Positions 14,301 through 26,329 of a DNA stretch of 64,000 nt are shown piece by piece. Numbering within the stretch: the stretch's first letter is position 1; the number at the start of each line of letters is the position of its first letter. The notes beneath the pieces are model-generated. The model had not been told where the DNA came from, made no database searches, and saw nothing but the letters and a program-made list of their open reading frames with translations. The DNA is from Perna viridis (Eukaryota): NCBI GenBank assembly GCA_037379345.1, contig CM074513.1, positions 46,851,195 to 46,915,194 of the forward strand. The letters run 5' to 3'. Both the position numbers and the translations under genes were made by a program.

Positions 14301-15992
14301 GACTGATTATTATATACCCCGTACTTTTTTCACGGGGATACAATAATTGTGAATATAAGATCAGATTCTTAAACCTTACTATGATAAATACATGAACCAA
14401 TCTCTTTTGTATTTAACTAAGTTCAATAATATTTTGCTACGTGCAGACCTGTTAGGACATATATTTTTATTGCGTTTAAAGAGATGACGTCTAATACTTG
14501 CAAAAACCAACTTATTTGATGCTAAAAGGAGCCGGAAGAATGATTGTATTGCCAGGTCGAAATTTACTATTTTCACATTAAGTCCTTAGAATAGTGGACC
14601 ATTCATAGAACTTCCTTGTTTTAAGCAATTTAGTAATCTAAGTACTTGTTTTGTTTTGTGTGTAGACTTTTAAAGTAGTTTGAAAGTATAAATCTTCTAT
14701 AAGGACACTTCATAAAAGTATTAAAATGATTTCAAAGTGCAATACTAGATATTTTTTATAAGATACAACTATACATGTATAATATAAGACACGAACAAAA
14801 TGAAACTACCAGAATATTCATTTATTGCTTCTTTGTTATAGAAACCAGGAAATCTCCGAAGAAAAAAGTAGCTATTGTTTCTACTGAAGAAAACGATAAA
14901 CACAGGAAAGTTGTAACTTCCTTTGCATCTTTCCTACAAACGCATTGTCAGTGTGACATAGAATACTTTCATTGGGCATTAGGAAAAGACAAATTTCGGT
15001 GGATTGCTCAAACTATAGATCAAGCCGATTTTCATATATTCGTAGCCTCCGAATCTGCACTTAATCAATATATTTCCTGGAAGCGAAACACCTTACCGTT
15101 TCACACAGATTTATTCATTCCATATCTATCAAAACTTCTGAATAGATTTGATACGAAGGTGAACTATGCATTTATTCGCTTCGAATACGCCCGAGAAGTT
15201 TTAATGCCAGACGAGTTAACTAATTATCAGTTTATGCTAATGGATGATCTGACCCCATTACTTGCTTGTATTCATGAACTCAACCACCATAAAGATAACT
15301 TAAAGGAAAAGGGTCTCCCTAGCGTCTACGATGTTTCAAAAACAAGTGCTGGTCGCAACCTTATTGCTGATATAAACTACGCAGCAAAGGACTATAAATC
15401 CTTACAATCTCGGATGGATTCAGGGTACACAAGCCGTACTGAATTTAGTTCAATTGACGATAAAGAATGGCGAGACCAACAAAAATATATTATAAATGAA
15501 ATTGTAAAGCCACCATCAGATTCGCCAGTAAATATTCAGGGTAGGTTTCTGTTGGATGAAGATTCTAAAAGTTTGATGCCCGGTCGCACAAGTAGGGTTA
15601 CAGAGAGTGTGTCAATTGCACCTGCAATTACTATAGCGGAGGGTGGAGATGACTGGCACAAAAGACCCCCTGTCGATACACAAATAGTACAACATCGGCC
15701 TTTACCAAATCAAATAGGGTCTTACCTTCAGGGTGTAAATCAAATAGGGTCTTACCTTCAGGGTGTAAATCAAAATCACAATAATCAAGATATCTCCGAC
15801 CTGAAACATGTGTATGACAGTCAAAGCAGACGAGATGACTCATTTTTTACTCCCCCTCTGTCTGATGGCAATGACTCTGACGAGGACATTTCAACTCAGT
15901 ACCAATTACAAATGATCGACAATATTAATCGAGCTTATTTGAAACAAAAAGATTCGGATTCCGACGACGCTGTTAGTGGCTATAGCGTGTAA
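2272..15992 (+). CDS. IL17R: Interleukin-17 receptor-like gene (FN3-like ectodomain, single TM, cytoplasmic SEFIR). Spliced CDS: 2272-2311, 4966-5136, 7177-7283, 8302-8446, 10401-10606, 11736-11783, 12143-12257, 12649-12852, 13145-13267, 14842-15992; 5' end incomplete
   Basis: Ten exons bounded by AG/GT (the last ends at the stop codon) with matching phases; the sum is 2310 nt = 769 codons + stop with no internal stop. TM VLPSVLGVLSFFLICFVVIGCY followed by KFNKER. SEFIR box1-like KKVAIVSTEENDKHRKVVTSFASFLQTHCQCDI, then W...IDQADFHIFVAS and DLFIP. Confidence 0.88.
4966..5136 (+). CDS. IL-17R-like exon (CNLTVLKAS...PGRPTDLVL...PGFLVSIKPPRT)
   Basis: Acceptor cccgtttttag, donor gtactg; phase 1 to 1; overlaps ORF 4980-5168. 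Confidence 0.8.
5490..6900 (+). mobile_element. Decayed CR1/L2-type LINE fragments in an IL-17R intron
   Basis: Frameshifted LINE ORF2-like peptides (PKTYWK; LYLSYIR; EAARIVT; C-terminal CRC...EDVDHYLFHCPLY). Confidence 0.7.
7177..7283 (+). CDS. IL-17R-like exon (DFRFVKGFQLNFHDIPYNTEKRCVVVIFDNGTLKT)
   Basis: Poly-T acceptor ttttgtag, donor gtacat; phase 1 to 0; the GF...C spacing resembles an IL-17R ectodomain beta-strand. Confidence 0.78.
7481..7630 (-). mobile_element. tRNA(Leu/Ser)-derived SINE-like head; an inverted partial copy lies at 7830-7931 (+)
   Basis: Minus strand reads tggccgagtggtctagg (A box) ... gctcgagtccc (B box; gttcgagtccc in the second copy). 7481-7582 is the near-exact reverse complement of 7830-7931. 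Confidence 0.65.
8302..8446 (+). CDS. IL-17R-like exon (SNISVTFKIYPLPQMQQNYNFTSFGLPTP...EQW)
   Basis: Acceptor ttttatttag, donor gtgagt; phase 0 to 1. Confidence 0.8.
8545..8620. repeat. 76-bp near-perfect hairpin (mini-MITE-like)
   Basis: Paired arms catcctccca/tgggaggatg and ggttttgagtcca/tggactcaaaacc. Confidence 0.85.
9634..10367 (+). mobile_element. Non-autonomous Helentron/HINE (pearl-like) element
   Basis: 5' aactagaggc...gctcacatg and 3' gacgacggcggac...caggtgagcagaaaa subterminal inverted motif, with an internal duplicated block (tgcgaaaaactgctgt). Confidence 0.6.
10401..10606 (+). CDS. IL-17R-like exon (EGSSSTSRWRTTISY...FWFVKAPDSMNITSYIVTIS...INK)
   Basis: Acceptor gtactttcag, donor gtgagt; phase 1 to 0; FN3-like W...F..AP....Y.V pattern. 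Confidence 0.85.
11358..11495. repeat. 69-bp tandem duplication (2 copies) in an intron
   Basis: attcacgcatcgtgcaaggga...ccctgtggttgacagctacatc begins at 11358 and again at 11427. Confidence 0.9.
11736..11783 (+). CDS. IL-17R-like exon (TEYKFLNLNPGRYRVG)
   Basis: Acceptor ttgcag, donor gtaagt; phase 0 to 0; FN3-type F.NL.PG.Y.V motif. Confidence 0.85.
12143..12257 (+). CDS. IL-17R-like exon (VQSFDDKAGLPDLCKCKNKNGACSSCLKTVTGIVVMPD)
   Basis: Acceptor ctactttcag, donor gtaagt; phase 0 to 1; CxC...CxxC cluster. Confidence 0.85.
12649..12852 (+). CDS. IL-17R-like exon: S/T-rich stalk plus transmembrane helix
   Basis: Acceptor caatag, donor gtaagt; phase 1 to 1; ~22-aa hydrophobic run followed by basic residues. 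Confidence 0.85.
13145..13267 (+). CDS. IL-17R-like juxtamembrane cytoplasmic exon (IHGMFDKRPKEPQNNFK...PTLP)
   Basis: Acceptor ccatttgacag, donor gtaagt; phase 1 to 1. Confidence 0.8.
13460..14342 (+). mobile_element. Helentron/HINE-like element with an internal ~140-bp tandem array
   Basis: Repeated ttgaccttgaggtc...atgaatgta.gcgacacatcg.ctcatggtgata...ccatgtgcca units, then an (ACAG)n microsatellite and a terminal hairpin ccccgt...acgggg. Confidence 0.75.
14842..15992 (+). CDS. IL17R: IL-17R-like terminal exon: SEFIR domain plus acidic disordered tail
   Basis: Lies in ORF 14775-15992; acceptor ctttgttatag ends at 14841; SEFIR motifs present; stop taa at 15990-15992. Confidence 0.9.
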
Positions 15993-16471
15993 CTCATATA
16001 TAACATCACGTTATCGTGACATCAGCAAATCACGGCTGTCTCCACTTTATTGCTACGCTTTAACGTTTTCTTACTTATTTTAATAGTAAGGCTACCAATG
16101 TTCTGTTGCTTATAATGCCAAATTCAAAACTGTACTTATCTTTTTTCGAAGGTTATTTTCTGTAACTGAAATCCAGAAAAAATACTTTATTTAGTAAAGA
16201 TTTTATTTTTTCGACGCGTGTATATCAGATATATTAAATACAAGCTTTTGACACGTTTACTTAAACACATCCATTTCTATGTAGAATTCTACTAGATTTT
16301 TAATTCTGACTGTCTCAGTTTTACTTTGTTTACCGACAAGAACGTTCAGTATTACATTTTATTTGATACTGTGTTTATTTTTTTTTCAAACCATGCAAAT
16401 ACATTTTTAATTAAATTAACATATAAATATATTGTAATTGTTTTTACATGACTTTGATCTCTTTTCTATTG

Positions 16472-16477
16472 AATAAA
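16472..16477 (+). promoter_or_regulatory. Probable polyadenylation signal of the IL-17R-like gene
   Basis: AATAAA ~480 nt after the stop, at the end of an AT-rich 3' UTR-like tract. Confidence 0.5.
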
Positions 16478-17109
16478 TACATTTAAAAAAAATGCTAATC
16501 GGTTTCATTCTACTGAAAACAGTTAATTGTGCAGTTCAGTACTAGTAGTGCTAAGATAGTGAAGATGACAGCTTGATAAACAAGCAAATACAACTTGTCC
16601 AACTAAAAGATCATTCGGCTAAACAAGAGATATTTTAATTGAAAGACAATTCTAAAGTGACCCAATTGAGTAAATCTATCATTTCCGTAAAATGTTTGTG
16701 AGCTATAAACGTATTTGAAAATGTTATAAAATCGATGCTGCACTATGCAAAATTATCTATGAGCACATGATCATTTTGCATGCACTTACATGCATGAGTT
16801 ATAAGCGAAGACTTGTGAGTAAACATTAGGTAATTGAACACACCTAAAATCAGTTCATAAAGGTCTGAGTCCCTTCTTAAAACAAAATTAAAGGAACTGA
16901 TTATACGTTACACAAATGAACAAACAAAAGGCTACTAGTGGTTAACCTTTTTAAACACCGGAAGGCAATTTACCGTTTATTTTACTAAACGTCAATTTGC
17001 TGTATTTTGATTGGTTCAATATGAGGGTAAAATTCTGCTGAATCACATGTCTCAGGGTGTAGTATTTTTTTAACTCTATAACCCTCTCATGAAAATGGAA
17101 CGTTCAGTA

Positions 17110-17285
17110 TAAGGGTAATCAAAGGAACCAAGATTCGAGCGGAAACCAAAAGAATGTAATTCAAGGACAAAGACCAGACATGGAAAACAGACACACACAA
17201 CAAAGAACATAACATAACCAAAATAATGCAAACAATGTAACAAAAAGTAAATGAGCAACTCGGATTCCACTAAAAACTTTAGTAA
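17110..17285 (-). mobile_element. Solo 3' tail of the Naiad-type PLE
   Basis: Matches 47628-47810 (accagacatggaaaacagac...atgagcaactcggattccactaaaaact). Confidence 0.8.
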
Positions 17286-17511
17286 ATAGCACAAGAGAAC
17301 AGTTTGTTACCCCCAAAAAAATCATTGTCACTCTCTTAGTTATACCCTGTATGTAATTTATATAATTTTACAGTCTAAGTGTCCTGCAAATATCATAGAA
17401 GGTATCGAATCTCCTTCAGTTAATGCTTGCTTTGAACTATTTCTCCACTCTTCGTGGTTAAATTAGTGATGTGAGTCAAGGGATTATATAACAATATATT
17501 TTAATTTGAAT

Positions 17512-17755
17512 TTGACTGATTGATTGATTGATTAAGGTTTTACGTTCTATGGCAGATACATGTATTTCATGCATTTCAGGACGAGAGCGATTGACACATC
17601 GAACACACCCGCAATTACGCATGGAATCCCACTCGGACACATTATTCTGACTCCGAGCAAAAAAGTCGTCACTCTAACTTCTAAATACCGCATGCTTGGC
17701 GGAGAAGCAGTGACTACCATTTTTAAAGTCTAATACGACCTCCCGCACTCGAGGG
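17512..17755 (-). mobile_element. SINE, probably tRNA-derived with a V-domain-like core and (AATC)n tail
   Basis: (tgat)n tail; minus-strand core gactttaaaaatggtagtcactgcttctccgccaagcatgcgg...ataatgtgtccgagtgg; the family assignment is from memory and unverified. Confidence 0.55.
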
Positions 17756-17959
17756 TGGTTTGGATCTGAACCTCGTTCACAAAAGCATTGGATAAGGTTA
17801 GCACGTATCGGGATAAGATAAAGACTTTTTTGAACATAAGTGTTCAGGTTTTAACACTAATCTACATATAAAATAGGTGTACAAACGACCAGATTAAACA
17901 TAAATGCAGCGAAACTAAAGAAATGACTATCAATACGAATTCATCAGAACCAATCATAA

Positions 17960-18250
17960 TAAATAGCCAGATTGTAGAAACTAAACGAATTCACCTACCT
18001 TGGATGTACCATTAGTGATGACAACGGAGTAAAGAAAGACATACCAGAAAGACTAGAAAACGCTCCTACAGTCTTCTCTAGACTTCAGCCAATCTGGAAG
18101 ACGAGTCCAAAAACATCAGTATCAACACCAAGCTGAATATTTTCTATGTAATGTCAAATCAGTCCTTCTAACGGTTCTTAATGCTGGAGGCTAATACAGA
18201 ACGACTTAAAGAACAAAGAAGGATTTCACAACAGTTGCCCTCGATAAATT
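17960..18250 (+). mobile_element. RTE-clade LINE RT C-terminal fragment
   Basis: FTYLGCTISDDNGVKKDIPERLENAPTVFSRLQPIWK...SINTKLNIF. Confidence 0.75.
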
Positions 18251-20870
18251 CGCAAAATCCATTAGTTTAACATGATTAGCAGCATCAATATTTTGAAAAT
18301 TTGTAATTGCAATAGTATTACAACACAAATTAAACAGTGACACTTGGTCATGCACTAAGAATGCCAAACATAATTTGAAGATAACCGATATTCTATGTTG
18401 TGGTATAACATACTTTATGATATACAAAATGTATATGTTGGTAGTAAATCTTGCGCGTAATGATGATTGCATGATGTATTTAGCGGCATTTCAAAAACAC
18501 AAATACTTGCCATAGGAAAGTTTTAAATGGCTTAAATTGTATATTTTTTCATGTTATGCGGTCAAAAATATTTTTAAAAGAATTTATGGTAAACCTTAAT
18601 GTATCAGAACCTGTTTATACTGAGCGAAAATAAACCATTCAAACTGGGCAATATATAGCGGGGTAATTATTTAATTTGTTTCACTTTTTCTGATTCTAGT
18701 ATCTTTTATTACTTCCAAACTAAAGAAGAATATCTCGGTTTTGTTTGCGTGCCATCTTTATACATATAGAGTATTTGATTAACTCGGATGGAGGCAAGAT
18801 TTTTTTCAACTGCATAAGTTGCTTACTCTTCGGTTCTTGTTTCCATGCCAATGCTGCTCTGACATTTTCCCAAAACAGGCAGATTTTTGTTTCTAATGTA
18901 ATATCTATCAAAATATATGAATGCAAAAAATCCTTATCTGGCACGTATAGTTTGATATATTATATCTAAATTTAGTAATAAGTATTCTAATATGTAATTT
19001 TATCAGAAAAATGCTACATGCTGTATTATATATGATTTTCACTTGCGAATTCATATTTCCGTAAAGGTAATTGTGCACGCTTTTGTGTATTCATTCAACA
19101 GACATGCATTGTATATTCAATTGAAAAATCGATACCCAGTTGATTTACACTTTAATAATTACTGACTATTTCAAATAAGATTTGCACGAAATCCGTGATT
19201 GAACGAGATTAAATAAAATCATTTGTCACAAGAATACTCCACTGAGATACCAACAAATTAAATTGTCAAATGTGACCGTTTCGTCAAAGTTGTTGACAAA
19301 ATCTCATTTTATGAAAGAATATAATGTGTTTATCGTTTATTCAGTTTTGTCAGTCTGTGTTGTTTTCCTTTTAGATAAATTACATCATGTCTGATTCTCT
19401 CATTTTATGCTTGTTTAGTCTCGCGTCGATAAAAAATACAGCTGCAATTGAAATTGTATTACATACTGGTAATCCTCTAGTAAATATAAATAACCAAAAC
19501 CATAAAGCGAGATTTCCACCCCTTACGCAATATTCAAAGCTTTGAAAATAAATTGAAAATAGGTTTCCCAATAAAACAGACGGCACATGTCTTTCATTGA
19601 AGAATCGCATATCTTCCCAAACGATCTCTGGTGATTCTATATCTGCCGACGATATATTAGCTTTACGTGACAACTTTTATTTTTCCTATAGTTAATTTTT
19701 CCTTCATCTGAGATTTTAGTCTAACAGTTCCTTTTTGTGGAGCTGTCATCTCTCAATTCTTTTCAAAGATGATTGTTATTTTAGCACGACTGTAGCCATC
19801 ACTTTAAAGGTTTTATGGTCGACATCATGAGCTTGTCGACCGATGTAGTATTTAACTCCACCAATCTTCATGATAGTGTTTTCCAGTGGTATTATACCGA
19901 ACATAAAATGAGCAACCTGGCTGGTATTTTTATCAAAGTACATGTCAGTATGTCTTTTTTTCTTTGAATAGCACTTAACCAAGATTACCCTACATTACAT
20001 TTAAAAAAAATGTTGTCTACGTTTCCGTTAAAAACTCGAAGAAAAAATACATACCAGCGCAGTTTTATTAAAGTGTACATGTCATTAAAGTTTTTAGCCT
20101 CGTCTACTATAAAAATAGACTCCTAAGCAAAATTTGAAAATATCCATCAATTATTAACCATATATATGAAAAGCCAACCACGTGCAATACGCAAAGGTCT
20201 ATACAACATCGCATTATGTAGGCCTATCTTATCCCAGCGAAAAGTGAGTAATAGTCGTCTTATTGACGCGACAATCTCTAGGAAAATAACGGCAAGATCT
20301 GTGGTAAGTGCATGAAATCAGAAAGAAATGTGTTTTTACTTAATATTTGATTTCTCAGTTAGTATTTTTAAAGTGCAATCTCAGATTACTGACTTCTCTG
20401 CTCGTAATTTCGGAATTTCCCCATGCATTACTCCTACTGTGCACTTTACTTAACATTTAGATTCAAGATACAAAACTAATTCACATTTTGAATTTTCCAT
20501 TATAGTACCGTATTTATGCAAAATTGCTTAAACATTTGGTTGAAACAATTAAATTAATAATTTTAATTGCATAACAGATCACATCATTAACTTGCATATA
20601 TGCAGAGGAGTTTTAACATCGATTTTTGAATTTCTATTCTTTTTCTTGTGTTAGAAACTATGATCTAGACAATTTCATTTTGAGGTAATTAAATTTAAAG
20701 AATTCAAAGTAATCATCAATCATCTTCGATACATAGTATAAACTGTGTGCACATTTTGGACTAGTAAAATATTAGCAGCAGTTTAAGCATATATAATGGT
20801 CAATATAAATCACGTTCAGATCAGAAACCCACAAATGGAAGACACCTGACTACAAAACCACAATTGTGTA

Positions 20871-23314
20871 TACCATCCAACGTACAGTCCTGTCCTAAGT
20901 AAAAGCTATCGTAGGGAAAGAAAGGAATACTGGGTACGCAGACAAGGTACTGCAATACCTTACGGGTGCAATAACAACATCAGAAGAATTGGAAACCTTT
21001 CAAGTCAGTATAACAATAACGTAAATGTGATCAATTTATTCAACAAAAATCCAAGACGGATAAGGAATCATGGCCATCGCCACTATACATCAACTAATAT
21101 GCATGATGTCTCCATAGATGGTCTTCTTCCTTTCATACAAAAACCTCTTAGAATTCATCGCATTCGAACTAAACTCAACTTTATACCTCACACTTCACTA
21201 CGCTCCCTTTTACAAAACAAGTTTTTTTTCTGAGCCTACATACCTCATCATTATAAAAACTTGAGGCCATCATTTTGGATACTGGTTTCAACAGACCATT
21301 AATCCAGTTTGTATTAAAGCTCAATATGAAGAAAAAAGGTTTCTTCCACTACCGTTTGTCAACAAAGGTATAAAGTGCAATTAATATGGCTAACATCCTC
21401 TAACAAAATTCCGTCGTATTTCAAAACAGATTATTTCATATTCCGATACTTCACCTATTGCATCCAAAACCTTCAGTCATAAAAGGATGTTGCTTGACCT
21501 CGTGATTGAAGACTTTGAGGCTAAACCACCTGACTATTCTTGAAAACAATCTCCATTCCAATATAGTCCTTCCGGTCNNNNNNNNNNNNNNNNNNNNNNN
21601 NNNNNNNNNNNNNNNNNNNNNNNNNNNNNNNNNNNNNNNNNNNNNNNNNNNNNNNNNNNNNNNNNNNNNNNNNNNNNNNNNNNNNNNNNNNNNNNNNNNN
21701 NNNNNNNNAAAGGTCCTTAGTACAGTGAACCACGCTCTATAAATTGGAATTAAATTTGTATGGGTGTTGTGGAGGACTGCACAAAATCGATAAAACGAGA
21801 AGTCGAAGATATTGATTCACTGTCAAGAGTGGGTAGAGACTGTGAGGCCTTTAATTTCGAAGCGTATGAAAGTTTTAAATGGGTAATTATAAATGAGTGT
21901 CAATGCTATATCAGTTTTCGGAGACCCTGAAGTAACTAAAACATTGTCTAGTATACATAACAAATATATTGTCGCACCAGTGGACCAAACCCAAAACAAC
22001 TTTTTTTTGTCTGCAAGACGCATGACATCCAATGCTTAGCATCGGAGGTAGACGTAGAAATAACAGCTGTAATATGACCTACACTGCTACCGCAATCTCG
22101 AAAGAAGAGATAGTGGAAACCCATAAATCTGCGCTATCCTCTTTTAGTCTGTCTGTTAATGTCTTACCACGATACTTGTTACTCCCGTAGTGGTATTAAT
22201 TCAATGTGGACCATGGAAAATTCGAAAGATCTTCTGGAACCCCTCAATTTAAGACTATTGTCAGAATAGATTGTACACTATACATTAAGATCTATGATTT
22301 TTGTTAACCCTTTCTAATTCTATTTCCCACAATCAGTTAAAATTAGACACATACATTGTTGTTACTCCAGAAAAGACGGTACACTTAGATTCAGATACGT
22401 AGTACTTGGTGTAGATTCTTCATACTTTGCAGACAATGATTCCAAATCATTTTCCAAATATACCAAAGAAGATGTAATCCAAATGCTGGTTTTGTGCTAT
22501 TCTACTCGTTGACCTATTCCTTCACTCTCATGAGGCTGACTTTACAGTTGATCTGATCCAAAAGAAGAAACATCGTTTAGCCGGATCCTTTGATCTCAGT
22601 TTCCGCTATATAGATGATGCATTATCTTTAAACAAGCATAGTTTCGGGGATTTTATACGTCGCATCTACCCCAAAAAACTTGCCTCGTATGTTGACCTTC
22701 ACAGAGATCGATAGAAAAGGAAAACTACTGACCAAACTACGTCAAAAGTGATGACTTTCATCCCGCATTGTCAACTTTCCTTTCATCTGTGGCAACATCC
22801 CTTCAGCATCTGTGTATGGAGTTTTCAAATCACAACTCATACTTTATGTCAAAGCTTGTCGTAACTACACAGACTTTTTGTTCCGAACTAGACTTCTTTC
22901 AAGTAGGCTTCTAGAACAGGGTTATGTTGCTACAAGACTGAAGTCATCACTACAGACGTTTTTATGGTCGTGATTGTGAAGTAGTGGATCGTTACGGTAT
23001 ATCCAGCTGCAGCATGACAACCGATTTGTTCACCGTTTCATAATTATCTTTTCCTCTTTCGTCTACCCCGGACTTTACTTTTTTTAGCAACTCGGCACGT
23101 GTTTCTCGATAAGCAGAGGACACTTACCCTACCGGTTCACCTGATCCATGCCCCCAGTTTTTAGTGGAGTTCGAATTGCTCATTTGCTTATATTTCTTTG
23201 CACGTGATTTGTTTGGGGTTATTTCATGTTCTATGTTGTGTGTGTCTGATTTCCATGTTCCTGTATTGCATTCATTTGATTCCCGCTAAAATCTTGGTTC
23301 CTTTGATTACTCTT
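20871..23314 (+). mobile_element. Decayed Naiad-type Penelope-like element (end of GIY-YIG, RT, 3' tail); spans the assembly gap
   Basis: Colinear with the reverse complement of 47628-50880; RYIDDA; ends gattactctt; many stops and frameshifts. Confidence 0.88.
21578..21708. other. Assembly gap (131 N)
   Basis: Run of N. Confidence 1.
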
Positions 23315-26300
23315 TCAAGACAACTTACGGAAAAGTCTTAACTTCTTTTTTTCCGTTAGTGAAATTAATTTTAACTTTCCATGAACAGTATTTTAAAAAA
23401 TGAACATCTTACTTGCCTTGAAGCACAGATAAAGATTTCAATCTTGTAATCTGTTATAAATGAATGTTAGGACAGAAATGTCTTTCCTCTTAGTGTTAAG
23501 AACAGAAATTATTTAGTAAAATAATGTTAGTTCCCGTAATACTTCAGTTAAAGGCAACAAACTAACAATAGAAAACAGACGTTATACTAGTATACTCCTT
23601 GTCAAACGCGCACTTCATTCTCTTTGATGTTTGTAGACATACGAGTAAAAAATGTTATTTGTATTGAGCTATAGATATAAGAGATGATGATTTAGAAATG
23701 AAAATAAGCAGAAAGACTTTCAAAAATCTGAACAAACATATGCTTCTAGCTGACGACTACCAGAACTGCAGAATCGACTAGATTTGAGAAATCAACATTT
23801 TTTAAACCGAGTAGCATTGTATGATTATTGGTTGAGAGATGCACACTTATTACATTCATCAACAACTATTTCTCGTTTTATTTGTCAGAAATTGTCGACA
23901 GAACATTCCAGGAACGGTTCCTTTTAAAACAGTTGCTGACAATGGATACCAGTGTTGAAATAGAGTTTTTATAATGGTTTCCAGGGCTAAAACAGTTTTT
24001 GAGAATTCTACCCAAGATAGGTTCCAAAATACAGTTATGGGCAATCTATCTGAAAGCTCATTGTGACGTTTCAAGTATTGTAGGTACTTTATTAGAACAG
24101 CAGGAACATAATTATCACTTCACTGTATCGACTGAGAAAACAAGTGTGTTATTGGAAAATGCATTTGTACATTTATAGTACATACCATACAGATGACTTT
24201 ATTATTTCTACCTAGATACGGACTTTCTTAAAAAAAAAAGTTTGTAAAATACCACAAAGGCAAACAAATTTAAAAATCTTAAACAGACAATTGTTCAAAA
24301 GACGCAAAACATTCATTATTTTAAAAGGAATCTTAAAATCAAAGTACTCATGTACTGAATCAATTTATATCTTACGATCAAATAATCGTCAAATTGCAAA
24401 AAAAAAAAAAAAAATGGAATAAAAGGGAAAGTTCGTGGATCGAACTCAAACGTATCTCAACACAAGCTTATTGTTTTAAGTGGTTAATATTCAACTCTTT
24501 GTTTTTATTTCTAAATTCACCATTCTGGTTACGAATTTAGAAAAAAAAACACAAACATTCACGATGCATCGTAACAGTGCGCCAGTTCGCGTAATATTCA
24601 GTTTCGATATCGGTTTACACGGAACACCTAGATGAATGTACTCAAAATCCTCCGACACAGTGCATAATTGAACTACAAACTACTAGTTGGCCATTCTCAG
24701 TTTTTAAATTTTCAGGTCTAAATTCAATTTATCGACCTCCAGGTCGAAACTTAATCCACAATTATTGAAATAAATCATATTCTTAGATATATGATCCTCA
24801 ACAATCGTGTCTATTGCAGGAACATTAGCCATGCACCTGCAGCTCTATTATAATAATATACAAATGGTCAAAATAGTCAAATAGATTAAGAATGATGAAA
24901 AAAAAGCAATAGCACCAGACCAAAAAGAAAGACAATTCCCGAGAAATGCATTATCAAAATTTTTATGGGCATTGTCTTTGTAAAGTTTCATTTTTTATTT
25001 GTCATATCTGGGCTTCTGATGTCACAAAGCGGAAACTAATAAAAATACACGATACATTGGATGATACGTCAGGATGGTTTCGGGGATTATGCTACTCCTT
25101 TGTAAAAAACAGATTGCAAAATATGAGCCCTTAACCCCTTTTATTTATACAAATTTTCTTGATCGTAACCACCTCCTCTTTTTTCTATCACGGCCTGCAT
25201 GAAATGCCTTAGGACAGCTATTCAAATCAGTACTCAGCAGTTTTCTTTATATTTCAGTTCTATGATTGTTGATTATTCATAATATCGTAGGGTTTCATTT
25301 CTAGCTTAACATCAAAAGGTTTATTATGCGTCTAAAATAAATACTATGCAACTTCAACACATCGATACTAATCGACTGGTTAATTCAGGTAAATGCGTAG
25401 AAATAAACATGTACCGATAAGAGATTAGAGCTCAGATATTTTTAATTTGATTGTTGTTAACACAAACCAAATTAATAAGCAAATTCAGTTTGAGGAAAAG
25501 TTGTTTACTGTTTTTTTTATTGCCGTAAATAACACAGAGTGGAATTTGATATATAAGAAATACTTATAAAGGTGACCATCTGCATTCCAATCTTAATGAG
25601 GTATGCAAAATGCAACTACTTTCCTGCGGAAGTGTAAGATAATTACAGATGCTATCAGGTTTTACAGATTTAAAGGCTCTGGCGACTGCTATATCAATTC
25701 TGATCTTCGATCAAAATTGATAAAAATTATTAATACTGTCTTTTATCAACGATGGCAGAGGACATGTATGTCAAGGATAACTGGTTTGGTGTTTCTCAGA
25801 AACCAAACAAAGGATATTGGGTCTTGACGTAAGCGATAAGATCATTTGCGGAGATTTTTCATTTTCGACTTTAGTTGAAAGAATACTGAAGTACTTTCAA
25901 AAGTTAACATCAGGTGGAAGGACACATTTCCGGCACATCTGGTACATCATCCAAGAAATATTTCGGATAGACGTCATGTTAGAATTGTATATGACCATTG
26001 TGGAACGGCCAAATATGAACAGAGAAAAGGTCCTTGTTTTTTTTTCGTAAAAGTAAAGATTTGCTGTTCTGCATTATCATATTTAATCATATCTACACTA
26101 TTTGAAGGCAAAATAAAGCAAGCACATAATAGAACTTTAAGTATAACACTTCAATCTGTATAATGCTTAACAGATTGTAGAAAACTTTCAATCAAAAAGA
26201 CGATTGACTATATTCTACCATATTTTACTTCTATTTATATATCGGTTGTGAGACTTTAATTTTAAGCAGGTTTAAAATAATATAAGTTGAATAAGTAGCC

Positions 26301-26329
26301 TGTTTCCTACCGATGTAAAATATTGGTGT

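Noticed and set aside
14775-14841. ATG at 14775 as the start of a stand-alone 405-aa SEFIR protein
   Set aside because: A good splice acceptor at 14841 is in phase with the upstream TM-encoding exons; the first 22 codons are intronic.
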